DNA of 53,920 nt from a virus (taxonomy: Duplodnaviria; Caudoviricetes), in IMG/VR virus record IMGVR_UViG_3300017998_000013, positions 1 through 53,920 of that record, one strand, 5' to 3'. Shown here piece after piece: positions 16,482 to 26,931 of this stretch. Both the position numbers and the translations under genes were made by a program. Position 1 is the stretch's first letter, and each line of letters opens with the position of its first letter. The notes under the pieces are model-generated. The model did no database searches and was not told the DNA's origin. It worked only from the letters and a program-made list of their open reading frames with translations.

Positions 16482-17768
16482 TCACTTCGGCCAGACGCCG
16501 AGCTTCCGAGCCTTATCAAGTTTTTCGTCCATCTGCTCCCACCCGTCTTTTTCGTACTCTTTGCCCTCGAAATCCACTAGCGCGAGTGATTCAGTCGCCT
16601 GTTGCTGGGCTTCTTCCAGCGTTTTGCCAAAACCTACACACTCCGCAATCAATCCGCCGTCTCCCATAGGGATACGATAAAACATGCCGTCTTTTTTATT
16701 CTTATAGAACTGCCCGAGCAGCACCCTGTCCATATCTTTCTCTTTGAGCTTGATAGGGATCGCCGTATCGTTGGCGGAATTCGACCATGTGACTATCTCG
16801 GCAGCGTATGGCGCAACATATTCAAGTTTCACATCTTCCCCACCAGCAACGCGATACATTACTTCGGTCAAGTTTTTAGTCCCGCGGGTCAACGCCCCCC
16901 CGCTCGGCCGGCCGAACCGCTGGCAAGCATCCGAATAATAGCCAACCGTCTTGCCGTCCACCTTCACCGCCCCGATTTCCGTGGACCTGACCCCCTGCAA
17001 TCCGCCTTTTTTAAGCCCTGGTCGAATCACATCATCGATATGCTTGACAACCGGGGGGAGGTCGTCATACGGCATGAAGTGGCCAGCGTAATTACAGCCC
17101 TTCAATTCGACCCCAAGGAGTGCATTATCCAGATAGTCGTTGCCGAAAAATTGCTCGTCGCCGACCTCTTCCCCGCCATCAGGTCGAGGTTTTTCAACCA
17201 TAATTATTTGATCTTCGGCGAAACAGTCGAGTTTCGCAGCTATTTTATATATTTTTGTAGCCGACTTTTTATAAGTCTCGACGTGGAAAGTCTCTTCAAC
17301 TCCTCGCGCATCGTTATTCAATTTCACCCATGTGTCAGGATGTTTTTTGAGATATTCGACAAGTTCTTCAATCCCTTCAACCGGCTTGTATTGCATTACC
17401 GGCAGCCCCCGCGCTTTTAGCATCTCTCGAAACTTAAACCGGTCCCCTTCCCATTCTTGCGCTCCCTGCCCACATCCTCCCGTCCTGATACCTCGCTTGC
17501 GGAGATCGTCTATAAGATCCCCGTAGCCGACATCAGGGAACCACACACAATCGACATTCTCAATGTCCTCAAAAAAGTAATCCCACCGCACAATCCCCGG
17601 CACCCCTTCACCCATAGCACAGTCGTGAGGCTTCGGGAAACCTCGCTCCCACGGAGAGAAGTATTCCATTATCTTCACATCTTGCGCGATCCGCTGCGCG
17701 ACGTGGATAAACAGTCCGCCTACATCAAATATCCTCCACCGCTGCTTGCTGAATGGTTTTTCGATCAT
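16482..17768 (-). CDS. PurD (GAR synthetase)-like ATP-grasp ligase
   Basis: GDLIDDLRKRGI..GG....QEWE.DR..F...L...GLP...Y, WVK, MVEK, and DACQRFGRP (cf. PurD EFNxRFGDP). ATGA overlap with the giant gene. Confidence 0.75.
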   Translation of the reverse strand: MIEKPFSKQRWRIFDVGGLFIHVAQRIAQDVKIMEYFSPWERGFPKPHDCAMGEGVPGIVRWDYFFEDIENVDCVWFPDVGYGDLIDDLRKRGIRTGGCGQGAQEWEGDRFKFREMLKARGLPVMQYKPVEGIEELVEYLKKHPDTWVKLNNDARGVEETFHVETYKKSATKIYKIAAKLDCFAEDQIIMVEKPRPDGGEEVGDEQFFGNDYLDNALLGVELKGCNYAGHFMPYDDLPPVVKHIDDVIRPGLKKGGLQGVRSTEIGAVKVDGKTVGYYSDACQRFGRPSGGALTRGTKNLTEVMYRVAGGEDVKLEYVAPYAAEIVTWSNSANDTAIPIKLKEKDMDRVLLGQFYKNKKDGMFYRIPMGDGGLIAECVGFGKTLEEAQQQATESLALVDFEGKEYEKDGWEQMDEKLDKARKLGVWPK

Positions 17769-20700
17769 TTTATTAACTCCAGATACCTGTCTCGTTCCTC
17801 ATCCGAAAGCCCGTGAGCCCGCCTGAACTTTGTGCGGAAAACCGGCTGAATCTGGTCGACCACATCCCCCGGCGCATTCTCCATGATTTCGGCGAGCTGG
17901 TCAAGCTGCATTTTCTTCACTTTCGCAATGTCCACTGGGAGATTCTTGCGCTGGCCCGGGATATCTCCCCTCATGACCTGAGACCAGAATTCTTTTTGCT
18001 CTCTCGGTATCTGCTGGTCACCTGCACGGTCCATGTACTTCGATATCCGGCGAATGTCTGGAGGCATCAGCAGTGATTCAGCAAACTGGTTCGCCCAGGT
18101 CCGGGCGCTTGCTTCCGACCGGGTAGCTTCGGCCATTCTTACCGGCTGCTCGAAAAACGGGACCTGTTCCGCTATCCCTTTCGCCCCGGCGAATATCCCG
18201 GCTCCGGTCCCGCTGCCCTTGGCTTCCTTCTTGCCCTCGTCGATCTTCTTCTCGTTTTTCTCATCCGAGGCGGCATACTGGTCCTGAACCCTGTGGATAG
18301 TTGCCCCAAGTTGGAGAATCTCGAGCGCCGGGGTATGGAGTGCGAATTTCGGCACGTCGAACTTGCCGAGGCGCAATTCCCCTTCCTTCACCTCTCCCGC
18401 CTTGCGCTTCTCTCCCCGCTGGTAATATCCACCTATGGCTTCATAAGCGAAGTACCCTATGGCGAGCATGGCGAGGCCGAGCCCTTGTTTCTTGAACGCC
18501 CTCATGACATAATCTGCCTCTTCGGGAGTGAGGTTTTCTATCCCCTTAGAGAACGCCACCCTGGCTGAGCCCTTCGCCGCGCCGAAAGCGTAAGACGTGA
18601 GTTCCGCCACGAAGTTCGTCGGGATCTTCACAATCGGCGTCATCATCTGCATCCCGGCTGCGGTAGCTTTCCCCAAGTCTCCCCTGGTCTTGAGATAATT
18701 CAGCCATATTCGATAACCCTTAATGACAAAATTATCCTGCATGAAAATAGCGCGGTTCGCGTCAATATAGGCATCCGCTGTGATCGTTGCCACGGTCACC
18801 GGGTCGCTCATGTCGTAGCCGTTCCGCATGGCCCATTCCGTTCGCTTCTGGAGAGAACGATAGAATTCCGCCCGCTTCGGCGTGACTTTCAACGCCCCAT
18901 GGACCCGCCCGAAAAAATCAAGTGCCGACGTGGGGAGCATGTCTTTCTTGCTGCCGTACAGCCGGTCCAATTCCCCGCGGCCGGTTATGGCCACGTCCTT
19001 GATATCCTGCCAGGTCTGTTTCTTAAACCACTGAGAGAAAGCGGCCGCTTCCGCCCGGACGTTCAGCCCGCCACCCTCCCGCGGGGCCTTGGCCGATATC
19101 CTGGACAGGCCAGGGAACAGTGACAACCCGCCTTCTATCAAGTCCTCAATCGGCGTGGTGATCTGCCGCATGGTGGCCGCTGCCGTGAGCTTGCCGACCG
19201 TCTGGATACTGGAGAGAATAACCGCCCGGCGCCACTTAACCGCCCAGTCGAGCCCTTTCTCTACGGGGGTCCTGTTTGCGTGTGCCTGCCGCCGGATTGC
19301 CGTGTCAACCGCCTCTTTCTTTTTCTCCACTTCTGCCTTGAGTCGTTGCGCCTCTGGGTCCAGTTTCAGGACCCGCCGCGCCCGCTTCTCGTAATTGCCG
19401 GTATCGAGCATCCGCTGCAGTTCTTTCAGCCGGGTCTGGTAACGGGCCTTGGCCATCCGGTTGCCGATATCGTTCAATTCCTGCTCGGTTTTCGGCGGCT
19501 TCGCGTCGATCTGGTCAAGCAGGGCTTTTTTCTCGTCCCTGACCGATTTCAGGCGCTTCGCTTCCTCGTCGTACTCAAGGGTCGTCTTATCCTTATACTT
19601 CCGTTTGCCGGCCGCTATCTGCTCGTCGAGGTCGTGAATCTCGTTTTTGAGTCGGGTCTTGACAGAATCGAGCGCAGTTTTCCATCTCTCTTCTGAGGAT
19701 TTCTGGTTGATGCCCTGATTCTTCATCTCCTCGTGTATCTGCTTCTGCAGGTCGCGCACTTCGTCGGATACCGGGTCACGCTGTAATCCGGAATGAAGAG
19801 GAGCTTGGCCGGCCTGTGCATCTTCGAGCCCGGACACAAGCCGCATCTGCCGGCGGATTTCCCGCATCTCGACCTGAATTTCCTCCTGGCTCATCTGGTA
19901 GGACTTGCCGTAGTTGGAAATAGCGTCTCTGATGTCCCGCTTTGACACGTCGGGGATCCCCTCGAATTCGGCGTAGATATCATCGACGATATCCCCGACC
20001 TTGGTAATGCCCTCTTGAACGCGGATTTTCATCATCTCGCCGAGAATAGCCGCCTGCTCGGGGTTGAAGTTCATGCTTAACGTGGAAAGCGACGCCCGGA
20101 GCTTGCCCGCCAGGGATTTAAATTGCGAGTCGAGCTCTTCCCGGGTGACTGCCCTCTTCTCCCTGCGCTTGGCGGCCGGTGACGGCTCTTGTTTGCTGAC
20201 TACCCGCTGCGCCTCGATGTTGGCGAGCTTCTCTTCGTACTCCTGAGATTTCTTAACCGCCGCTTCCAACTCCTGAGTGAGCGTTTCGATCTGCTTGCGG
20301 AGATCCTCGGGGATTTCTTTCTCACCGGTGGCTGCTCGGGCTCGTTGCAGGGACCGAGCGAGGGTGTAATCCTGTTTAACCAGCATACGGCGGAAACTGA
20401 GGGAGTGCCCGGCCTCGTACCCTGACCGACGAGCAACGTAATCGTTATCGGAAATGTCGTCCTCGATCACAGCCAGACGTTGACGCCCTTCGAGAATAGC
20501 CGCCTGGTCTCCGGACTGCACCGCCTTGTCGATAAGCCCCATGACGGTGTGGTGGTCATTGTAAAGCCTCATCCGGTCGTATTCAAAAGCAGCTTCCTCT
20601 TCGGTGGAGAGGGCGCGGGGCTTCTCGGCGTACTTCTTCGCTTCAAGTCGCGGGTCGAATTCGCCGGAGTCAACGCGCCGTTTCGCCGCCTCGAACGAGT

Positions 20701-23700
20701 GAGGGAATGACCGGCGCCACTCTACCTCTATCGGCCCGAGTCCGCGGGCTGCCCGCTCTCCTTCGGTAACGGCGTTTTTGATGGAGGTGGTGCGGGGAGA
20801 AGCATCAGCGCTGATAGTGTCGCCTTGTTGAAGAACACCTGCCATCTCCGCCTCGTCCTTATGAGCCAGCCCACCCTCCATATCCACTTTCTCATCCCCT
20901 CCTGGTTTAGCATCCTTCCCCTCCCATAACCTCTCAAGCGCGTCCGCCTCTGCCAGCCACTTCCGCGCCCCGGCCTCGTCCCGGTTCTTGACTGCCTCTT
21001 CTGCCTTGTCCAATGCCCCGTTATACTTGCGGAGAAATTCGGCTTTGTTGTCTCCAACGCTGCCATGCTGGTTGCCGGTCATGCGCCTGACCTTATCCCA
21101 AACATCCTCCATCAGCGATTTAAACCGCTGCCAGAGGTCGCCGAGTTTCTCTTTCATCCCCTTGACGAAATCCTGGTACTTCGTGCGCCCTTCGGTGAAT
21201 ACCTGCTTGCCGAGGGTTTCAAGGTGCGGGATGGCCGATTTTACCGCTCGGGGGATTTTGGATAATGATTCGTAGGCTTGCTGTAGACCCATGAAGTCGA
21301 GGGTAACGCTATTGTCCGGTCGCCAATCCTTAATCATCTGGATAGTTCTTGACGACATGGAATGGCCAGTATCATCAGGGGTGAATTGGTGGCTTATTAA
21401 CCAGTCGGCAAGGTCATCTACGTTATAACCGTTATCGTGGGCGAAGGCCATCACCCTGTCAACGTCGGGTGGTCTGAGTTGCTGCGGGGTGTCCGCTGCT
21501 GCACCAAGCGCCCCGGTGAATTTCACCTGATCGTCATGGGGGATTTCCTTGACCTTGCCAGACTTCACCCCAAACGATTCAAACGCCTCATTGACTTTGC
21601 CCTCGGATTTTACAGGCATTACCACTGCAACGATTTTGCCATCTTCCACGAAGTTAATCGGGTTCTTATCATCCTTGAACCTGATTTCAGCATCAGGGTA
21701 ATGGTGGCGGACATAAACATAAAATTTCTGTGACATATCCGTAGTTGCGCCGTTTTCACCAGTCAGCCGGACAAAAGCAACCTCGTCTTTTCCTGTTTTT
21801 ATAGGTTCGTCCGAAATCCCTTGAAAGGACACATCATCCCCTGATCTTTGCGCCACCATGTTCCCGTTTTTGTCCATAGCTAAGAACTTTGCACTGGCTA
21901 CGGGAGTCCCTTCCTTCGGGTTGGAAGTATACATTTTGACAACTTGCGCGGTGCGCTCGTCCAGGTCTTTCGCCTTATCAGGGGGCATCTCCGATTTGAA
22001 AGGGACTGTCGGCTTGCCTTTAACAATCAGTACGCCGTTGGTATGCCAGACATTATTATCAGCATCTTTCCCTGTGACCCCATTCTCAATGCCTTCGGCT
22101 TTTACTCCCGTTGCCTTCGGCAGAGGTCCGTAGCCTTTTGTCCCCTTTGGGACTTTTTCGGATGCAGGGAAAAGTTTTTCGACGGTCTGTTTAAATGCCT
22201 TGAGCGCCTGCTGATCGTTGAACACCTCAAAAATCCCGTCATCAGGAACTTCGATAGCGACGTATGCCCCTGCATCACGTAACGCTTGCTGTGCCTGTTT
22301 TATGAGCGGGTCAATGCGCTTGGCGTCCGCCTTTGCCACTTCGAGAGCATTCTCGACTTCCGCAATCTTTTCTTGCCGCTCTTCTGCTGTGAGGTGCTGG
22401 AAACGTTCAGGGTCGCTGTAAAGTTTTACCCTGCTGGTAGCATCGCCCATGGCATCAGCGGCTTTGCCGCGCGCTTCCCGCACTTCGGACAGTTCTTTAA
22501 GCAACGGGTTGAATCTATCCCAGTCACGATACTCAGGCGCTTCCTTTATCGCCTCGTCAATATTCGCGATTAAATATCGCTTCTGCTCCTTGAGTGGCGT
22601 GCCTTCCTTCCTGGCGGTCTTTACCGCTTCCGTGACCACCTCGGCGGGGGTGTCGGGGACCCTTGCGGCTTCGTAGTCGGCGCGGGCGGTCTCTTCCTCT
22701 TTTGCGACTTCCTTTGAGGCGGGCTTATCCGGCACAAGGTCAACAATCTCGCTGGTATTCCCTTTAGCATCGAGCGTGATAATTCCATCGTACCCGTCTT
22801 TTATGAGGGCTTTTGATAGAGCCTTGCCTTTTTTGCCGCCGTATTTGTCAGATAGAGCCTGTTTCCAGTTGTCGGGTTCGCCATATCCCCCGCCCCATCC
22901 AACAACAAGGGGGTTCTTAAATTCGACCTCTCCTTCTTTCAGGTTCGGATAATCATCGCCTTTGAACGTGATCGGCCGCTCGTTGATATATCGCCCTGCC
23001 GGTTCAAGGTGCTGGCCGAAACGCTCTCCCATGTTCGGGGCTTTCTCGGTATTCCAGATATATCCCATCTTTACAGGCTTGCCAGTCTGGTATTTTACCC
23101 CTCCGCCTTCAGCCGGAACTTTATCGGGAACGGGGGGTAATGGCGTCACGTCTCCGAATCTTGCGTTGATCGTGCCTGCCGGTTTGCCATCTTTATCAAT
23201 TACAAGGTGAATCGTCTCGTTGTTTGAGGCGTCCTTGTATTTATTCATTGCCTTGGCGTTCTTCTTTGCCGCTTCGTGCATCCCCTCGGGCGTTCCGTCA
23301 TGCTTCGAGACTTCATAGCCCATCGGTTCGCCATTAAGGTCGTTTACTTGGGTGAGGATGGTGTTCGGCTCTGGGGCGGGCTTCTTGGTGATCTGCTTTC
23401 CTTCCACCTTCTCCACGGCTGCGTTCATGTCCTTTGAGTGAAGGTCCTCTCCCGGGTGCGCCTTCTCCCACTCATCATAAACCGCGGGATTCTCTTTCTT
23501 GAGGAATTCGGCCCCTTCGTCGCGGGTGACGAGTTCCCCATCGGGCTTTGCAAACATCCGCTCGGAGTTTTCCGGCATGTCCGGGTTTGCTTCGAGTATC
23601 GACGGATGGTCTGAACCTACCTCTCCGATTACGGTGTCTGATCCACTCCGAAGAGCAGGGCGCAGGCGGGGCAACTCGTCGCTTGCTGGTGCATCCACAT

Positions 23701-25228
23701 TTTGCACCGTGGACACTGTTTCGGCGGCTGCGGGTTCGTTATCGGCTGGAACTGGTTGTTTCTTGCCCTTGCTTCCCTTTCTCGATTCCTTATCACGTTT
23801 AGGCGCCTCCGGTAGTGGTTTGGCTTTGTCGCCCTTATTTATGATTGTCTGCTTACCGTCACCGTCCCGCTGTACGAGCACGTCATACGGATTCAGCGTG
23901 TTATCCTCGGGCCGGATGCCAATGGCGGGGCGTTCCTTACCTGACCGGGAGTCGATAATCACTGAGGCAATGCCGCCCTTGATTCGGGCTTTCTGCTCTC
24001 TCACGGCTTCCAGGGAAACGTCGGTCTGCCCGCTGGCGTTCTCCTCAAGCGGGTCCACGATAGGAGTGCCGCCCCTGATCTCTGATGCGGATTTCTTCGG
24101 CGGCTCTTCTTCGGATATTGCAAGACGGGTAGCCTTGCCGCGCTTCTCTTTGAGCGTTTCGCTGATCTCGTCAAACGGGTCGATTATCTCGGGCGCGGGG
24201 GCTTCTGCCTGGCGGAGTTCGATTTGCTTCTGCCCGGTCACATCCTTGGCGGTTCCCTCAACCGTCACGCCTTCCTCGGCTGGCACAGCTTCCCGCATCT
24301 TATCTATGGCGTGCTTCATCTGGAGTTTATTCGGCTTTACCTGTTGGAAATACTGAGTGAAGCCGGTAACGGTGTCGTTGTACGCCTTCTGCCGTACTGC
24401 GAGGTCTTGAGTCGGGGTTGCCGCCATCTCTTCGGAAACGTCCCTTATCCCGGTCGCCGCACTGTAGGTCTGCATGAAAGCGTCAAAATCGGTCTGGTCT
24501 GCCGGAGCGCCGAGTCGAGCTGCCCCTTTACCTTCCGGCGCCACTCCCTGAGATATCGGCAGATTCCGCATGGCCTGGGCGACAAGACCCGTAACAGTGT
24601 CCATCGCCTTCTTGTCGCCTGTCCCCGCCATGTATGCTTGAGCTGCGTTTGTAACCCAATCTGCCAAGTTAAGCGTCTTGACTATTGGGACCAATGGCGC
24701 GAGTCCCTTCCGTGCGATATCGGCGGATTTGTCAGAGGGGAACGCAATCGTACTCTTGCTTGCCTTCACGCCTGCTGCATGAGACGGCATCATTTGACCG
24801 TAGTCATCAGGTTGGAGACTGGCGTTTAAGTCTTTTAAGTACCCTATGGGGTCCAGACTGATTGCTTCCCTCGCCTTGGTGAGAGCGCCCCCGGTGGCGG
24901 CAGGGGCGCTTGCGGTGGGAGGGGTGAGGGACATGGCTTGGCGGGTAGTGGGGGGTGCGAATCCTGAACCTTGCTGAGCTGTCGGAGCTGAGAAACCTCC
25001 TGATTGCGGCTGTGCCTGAATAGGTGCAACGGTCGCCTGGGTCTGATCGTCGGTAAGTGGGGTCTCCGAGCCGTCCGGCAATACGCGAGTCTGGCGGCTG
25101 CCGGCCACGGGGCGGAAATCATTAGGAAGTAATTGACGGGTACCGGAAGGGGCGGGTTCGTCAAAAGGGTCAACAATCCCGCCGGGAGAATCTTCGTAAG
25201 GGTCAACTATTATTGCTGCGCGGGCCAT
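17765..25228 (-). CDS. Giant (2487 aa) ejection/polyvalent virion protein
   Basis: Last and largest gene of the podovirus internal-protein block. Mosaic of modules, with an ART-like segment (~22735-23097) and a helical C-terminal half. Confidence 0.8.
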   Translation of the reverse strand: MARAAIIVDPYEDSPGGIVDPFDEPAPSGTRQLLPNDFRPVAGSRQTRVLPDGSETPLTDDQTQATVAPIQAQPQSGGFSAPTAQQGSGFAPPTTRQAMSLTPPTASAPAATGGALTKAREAISLDPIGYLKDLNASLQPDDYGQMMPSHAAGVKASKSTIAFPSDKSADIARKGLAPLVPIVKTLNLADWVTNAAQAYMAGTGDKKAMDTVTGLVAQAMRNLPISQGVAPEGKGAARLGAPADQTDFDAFMQTYSAATGIRDVSEEMAATPTQDLAVRQKAYNDTVTGFTQYFQQVKPNKLQMKHAIDKMREAVPAEEGVTVEGTAKDVTGQKQIELRQAEAPAPEIIDPFDEISETLKEKRGKATRLAISEEEPPKKSASEIRGGTPIVDPLEENASGQTDVSLEAVREQKARIKGGIASVIIDSRSGKERPAIGIRPEDNTLNPYDVLVQRDGDGKQTIINKGDKAKPLPEAPKRDKESRKGSKGKKQPVPADNEPAAAETVSTVQNVDAPASDELPRLRPALRSGSDTVIGEVGSDHPSILEANPDMPENSERMFAKPDGELVTRDEGAEFLKKENPAVYDEWEKAHPGEDLHSKDMNAAVEKVEGKQITKKPAPEPNTILTQVNDLNGEPMGYEVSKHDGTPEGMHEAAKKNAKAMNKYKDASNNETIHLVIDKDGKPAGTINARFGDVTPLPPVPDKVPAEGGGVKYQTGKPVKMGYIWNTEKAPNMGERFGQHLEPAGRYINERPITFKGDDYPNLKEGEVEFKNPLVVGWGGGYGEPDNWKQALSDKYGGKKGKALSKALIKDGYDGIITLDAKGNTSEIVDLVPDKPASKEVAKEEETARADYEAARVPDTPAEVVTEAVKTARKEGTPLKEQKRYLIANIDEAIKEAPEYRDWDRFNPLLKELSEVREARGKAADAMGDATSRVKLYSDPERFQHLTAEERQEKIAEVENALEVAKADAKRIDPLIKQAQQALRDAGAYVAIEVPDDGIFEVFNDQQALKAFKQTVEKLFPASEKVPKGTKGYGPLPKATGVKAEGIENGVTGKDADNNVWHTNGVLIVKGKPTVPFKSEMPPDKAKDLDERTAQVVKMYTSNPKEGTPVASAKFLAMDKNGNMVAQRSGDDVSFQGISDEPIKTGKDEVAFVRLTGENGATTDMSQKFYVYVRHHYPDAEIRFKDDKNPINFVEDGKIVAVVMPVKSEGKVNEAFESFGVKSGKVKEIPHDDQVKFTGALGAAADTPQQLRPPDVDRVMAFAHDNGYNVDDLADWLISHQFTPDDTGHSMSSRTIQMIKDWRPDNSVTLDFMGLQQAYESLSKIPRAVKSAIPHLETLGKQVFTEGRTKYQDFVKGMKEKLGDLWQRFKSLMEDVWDKVRRMTGNQHGSVGDNKAEFLRKYNGALDKAEEAVKNRDEAGARKWLAEADALERLWEGKDAKPGGDEKVDMEGGLAHKDEAEMAGVLQQGDTISADASPRTTSIKNAVTEGERAARGLGPIEVEWRRSFPHSFEAAKRRVDSGEFDPRLEAKKYAEKPRALSTEEEAAFEYDRMRLYNDHHTVMGLIDKAVQSGDQAAILEGRQRLAVIEDDISDNDYVARRSGYEAGHSLSFRRMLVKQDYTLARSLQRARAATGEKEIPEDLRKQIETLTQELEAAVKKSQEYEEKLANIEAQRVVSKQEPSPAAKRREKRAVTREELDSQFKSLAGKLRASLSTLSMNFNPEQAAILGEMMKIRVQEGITKVGDIVDDIYAEFEGIPDVSKRDIRDAISNYGKSYQMSQEEIQVEMREIRRQMRLVSGLEDAQAGQAPLHSGLQRDPVSDEVRDLQKQIHEEMKNQGINQKSSEERWKTALDSVKTRLKNEIHDLDEQIAAGKRKYKDKTTLEYDEEAKRLKSVRDEKKALLDQIDAKPPKTEQELNDIGNRMAKARYQTRLKELQRMLDTGNYEKRARRVLKLDPEAQRLKAEVEKKKEAVDTAIRRQAHANRTPVEKGLDWAVKWRRAVILSSIQTVGKLTAAATMRQITTPIEDLIEGGLSLFPGLSRISAKAPREGGGLNVRAEAAAFSQWFKKQTWQDIKDVAITGRGELDRLYGSKKDMLPTSALDFFGRVHGALKVTPKRAEFYRSLQKRTEWAMRNGYDMSDPVTVATITADAYIDANRAIFMQDNFVIKGYRIWLNYLKTRGDLGKATAAGMQMMTPIVKIPTNFVAELTSYAFGAAKGSARVAFSKGIENLTPEEADYVMRAFKKQGLGLAMLAIGYFAYEAIGGYYQRGEKRKAGEVKEGELRLGKFDVPKFALHTPALEILQLGATIHRVQDQYAASDEKNEKKIDEGKKEAKGSGTGAGIFAGAKGIAEQVPFFEQPVRMAEATRSEASARTWANQFAESLLMPPDIRRISKYMDRAGDQQIPREQKEFWSQVMRGDIPGQRKNLPVDIAKVKKMQLDQLAEIMENAPGDVVDQIQPVFRTKFRRAHGLSDEERDRYLELIK

Positions 25229-26931
25229 CAGCGACCCCCGTATTTTTTATTGTAAAATGCCTCCAAGTCTTTATCGGCAACGCCGGGGTTCTTCGCCCTT
25301 GCGGCTGTCATCCATTTATCTTTCGACGGCGCCGCCTTGCCCGCGCTCCTTGGGTTTATTTTGCTGCCACCGCCATGAGGTTTCGCCTTGGCAATCGCCT
25401 CCAGTATCTGAGTTTTCTTTTCCTTATTAGTGACTTTGTTGGCGGCAGCGGTCAGGTCGTCTTTACTATGGCCTTTATCGACTGCCCCCTGCATGGTAGC
25501 GGCCATATCTGTTCCTGAAATCGACCCTTCAGGGTCAAGGCCCTTCATCCATTCGCTCAATTTCTCAACCGTCGCGTGCCCTTCTGCCTTGGTGGCCGGT
25601 TTGCCTTCTAATTCGGCTTTTGCCAACCGCTTCGCCTCATTGGCGATCCCCACCACATCCCCTTTCCATTTATCGTCCTTTTCAAGGAGGTCGATGTACT
25701 TTTTCTCAACCTTGTCTTTCTTTTTCTCGCTGTCGTCTTTCTTGTTCCGCGCCTCAATCTGCATCCCGATTCCTTTGAGGTGTCCGGCGACGGTGGTCTC
25801 AACCTTTTTCTGCCCTGCCTCGATGGTGGCGTTCGTTTTCGCCATAGGGTCCTGCGCTCCCGGTATCATATCCCCCTCTTCGGTCAGGATACTGAAGCCT
25901 GTCTTTGAGTCAGGATCTTCGACGACCTGGCGGGTCGGCTTATCCTTGTTGAAGAGCGTCTTCGCAGTGTTCATCAGGTCTGCGGTTTTCTGAGTGCTTC
26001 CCGCCTTCTTCATCTGCTTGACGTATTCCAGCCGCGCCTCGCCGGTCTTCAGGTCCTTCGGCATCTTGTCCAGAACTTCGGCCTCCCGGGTGTCCTCTGC
26101 CCTCTGCTCTCCCGCTTTCTTTACCTGCTCGACGAACTTCTCCCCGCCTTCCTCATTCGCAGCGACGGCGGCTAGAAGTATTGGGCCGAAACTGGCGGTA
26201 TGTACGAGAGTGTTCTTAAATTCATCTATCGGGATTTCGTGGATGTATTCCTTATCGCCGTCCATTTTGGTGTGGGGTGTGGGAGGGGAAATACTGCCGT
26301 CTGCGTTGCCGGTCCGGACCACGGGGATAACTACTCCTTTGTCAAAATCTATCAACAGCGATTCCGCCTCTTTACCCTCCAGGAGCTTCGGCCCGGCATA
26401 CTGGTTGAACGCCTCCATCAGTCCTGGCACCTGCTGGCTGCTCAATCTCACCTTGCGCTGGCCTTCCGGCAAGCTCTGGGCGTGCTGGATAAGTGCCGGT
26501 TGGACCTGTCCGATTATCTGCGTGAGTTGGTGGGCGGCGTAGGTCTGCGCCAGGGCTTTATGTGGGTCGTTGTCGAGGTCGGGCGACGCTTTGGTGAGCC
26601 CGTAAGCTGCGTCTACCTCTTCGGGGGTATATTGCGGCTGCGTACCGTTCGCTGCTGCCTGTGCCAATTTCATAGATGCGCTGACAAGCGGAGCGTGCAG
26701 CATTTTATGCTTGAGGTCTAGGTCGTCAAAAGCCTGCTGCGTCTTCTGGTGGACGATACTCTGCTTTTTCTGCTCCATCTCGACGTCCATCAACTGCCGA
26801 TGTTGGGCGTGATCTTCCTTCTCCATATTCGCCTTATCTATGCCTTGGAAAACGCCGGTCACCTTCGCAAAGGCGTCTATGCCACTCTCGACCGGATCAC
26901 CGTATGGAGACAAACCAAATCTCGCCATCAT
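25228..26931 (-). CDS. Putative ejection (internal virion) protein
   Basis: Position immediately upstream of the giant protein; Q/K/A-rich and helical; start and stop overlap the neighbouring genes. Confidence 0.65.
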   Translation of the reverse strand: MMARFGLSPYGDPVESGIDAFAKVTGVFQGIDKANMEKEDHAQHRQLMDVEMEQKKQSIVHQKTQQAFDDLDLKHKMLHAPLVSASMKLAQAAANGTQPQYTPEEVDAAYGLTKASPDLDNDPHKALAQTYAAHQLTQIIGQVQPALIQHAQSLPEGQRKVRLSSQQVPGLMEAFNQYAGPKLLEGKEAESLLIDFDKGVVIPVVRTGNADGSISPPTPHTKMDGDKEYIHEIPIDEFKNTLVHTASFGPILLAAVAANEEGGEKFVEQVKKAGEQRAEDTREAEVLDKMPKDLKTGEARLEYVKQMKKAGSTQKTADLMNTAKTLFNKDKPTRQVVEDPDSKTGFSILTEEGDMIPGAQDPMAKTNATIEAGQKKVETTVAGHLKGIGMQIEARNKKDDSEKKKDKVEKKYIDLLEKDDKWKGDVVGIANEAKRLAKAELEGKPATKAEGHATVEKLSEWMKGLDPEGSISGTDMAATMQGAVDKGHSKDDLTAAANKVTNKEKKTQILEAIAKAKPHGGGSKINPRSAGKAAPSKDKWMTAARAKNPGVADKDLEAFYNKKYGGR

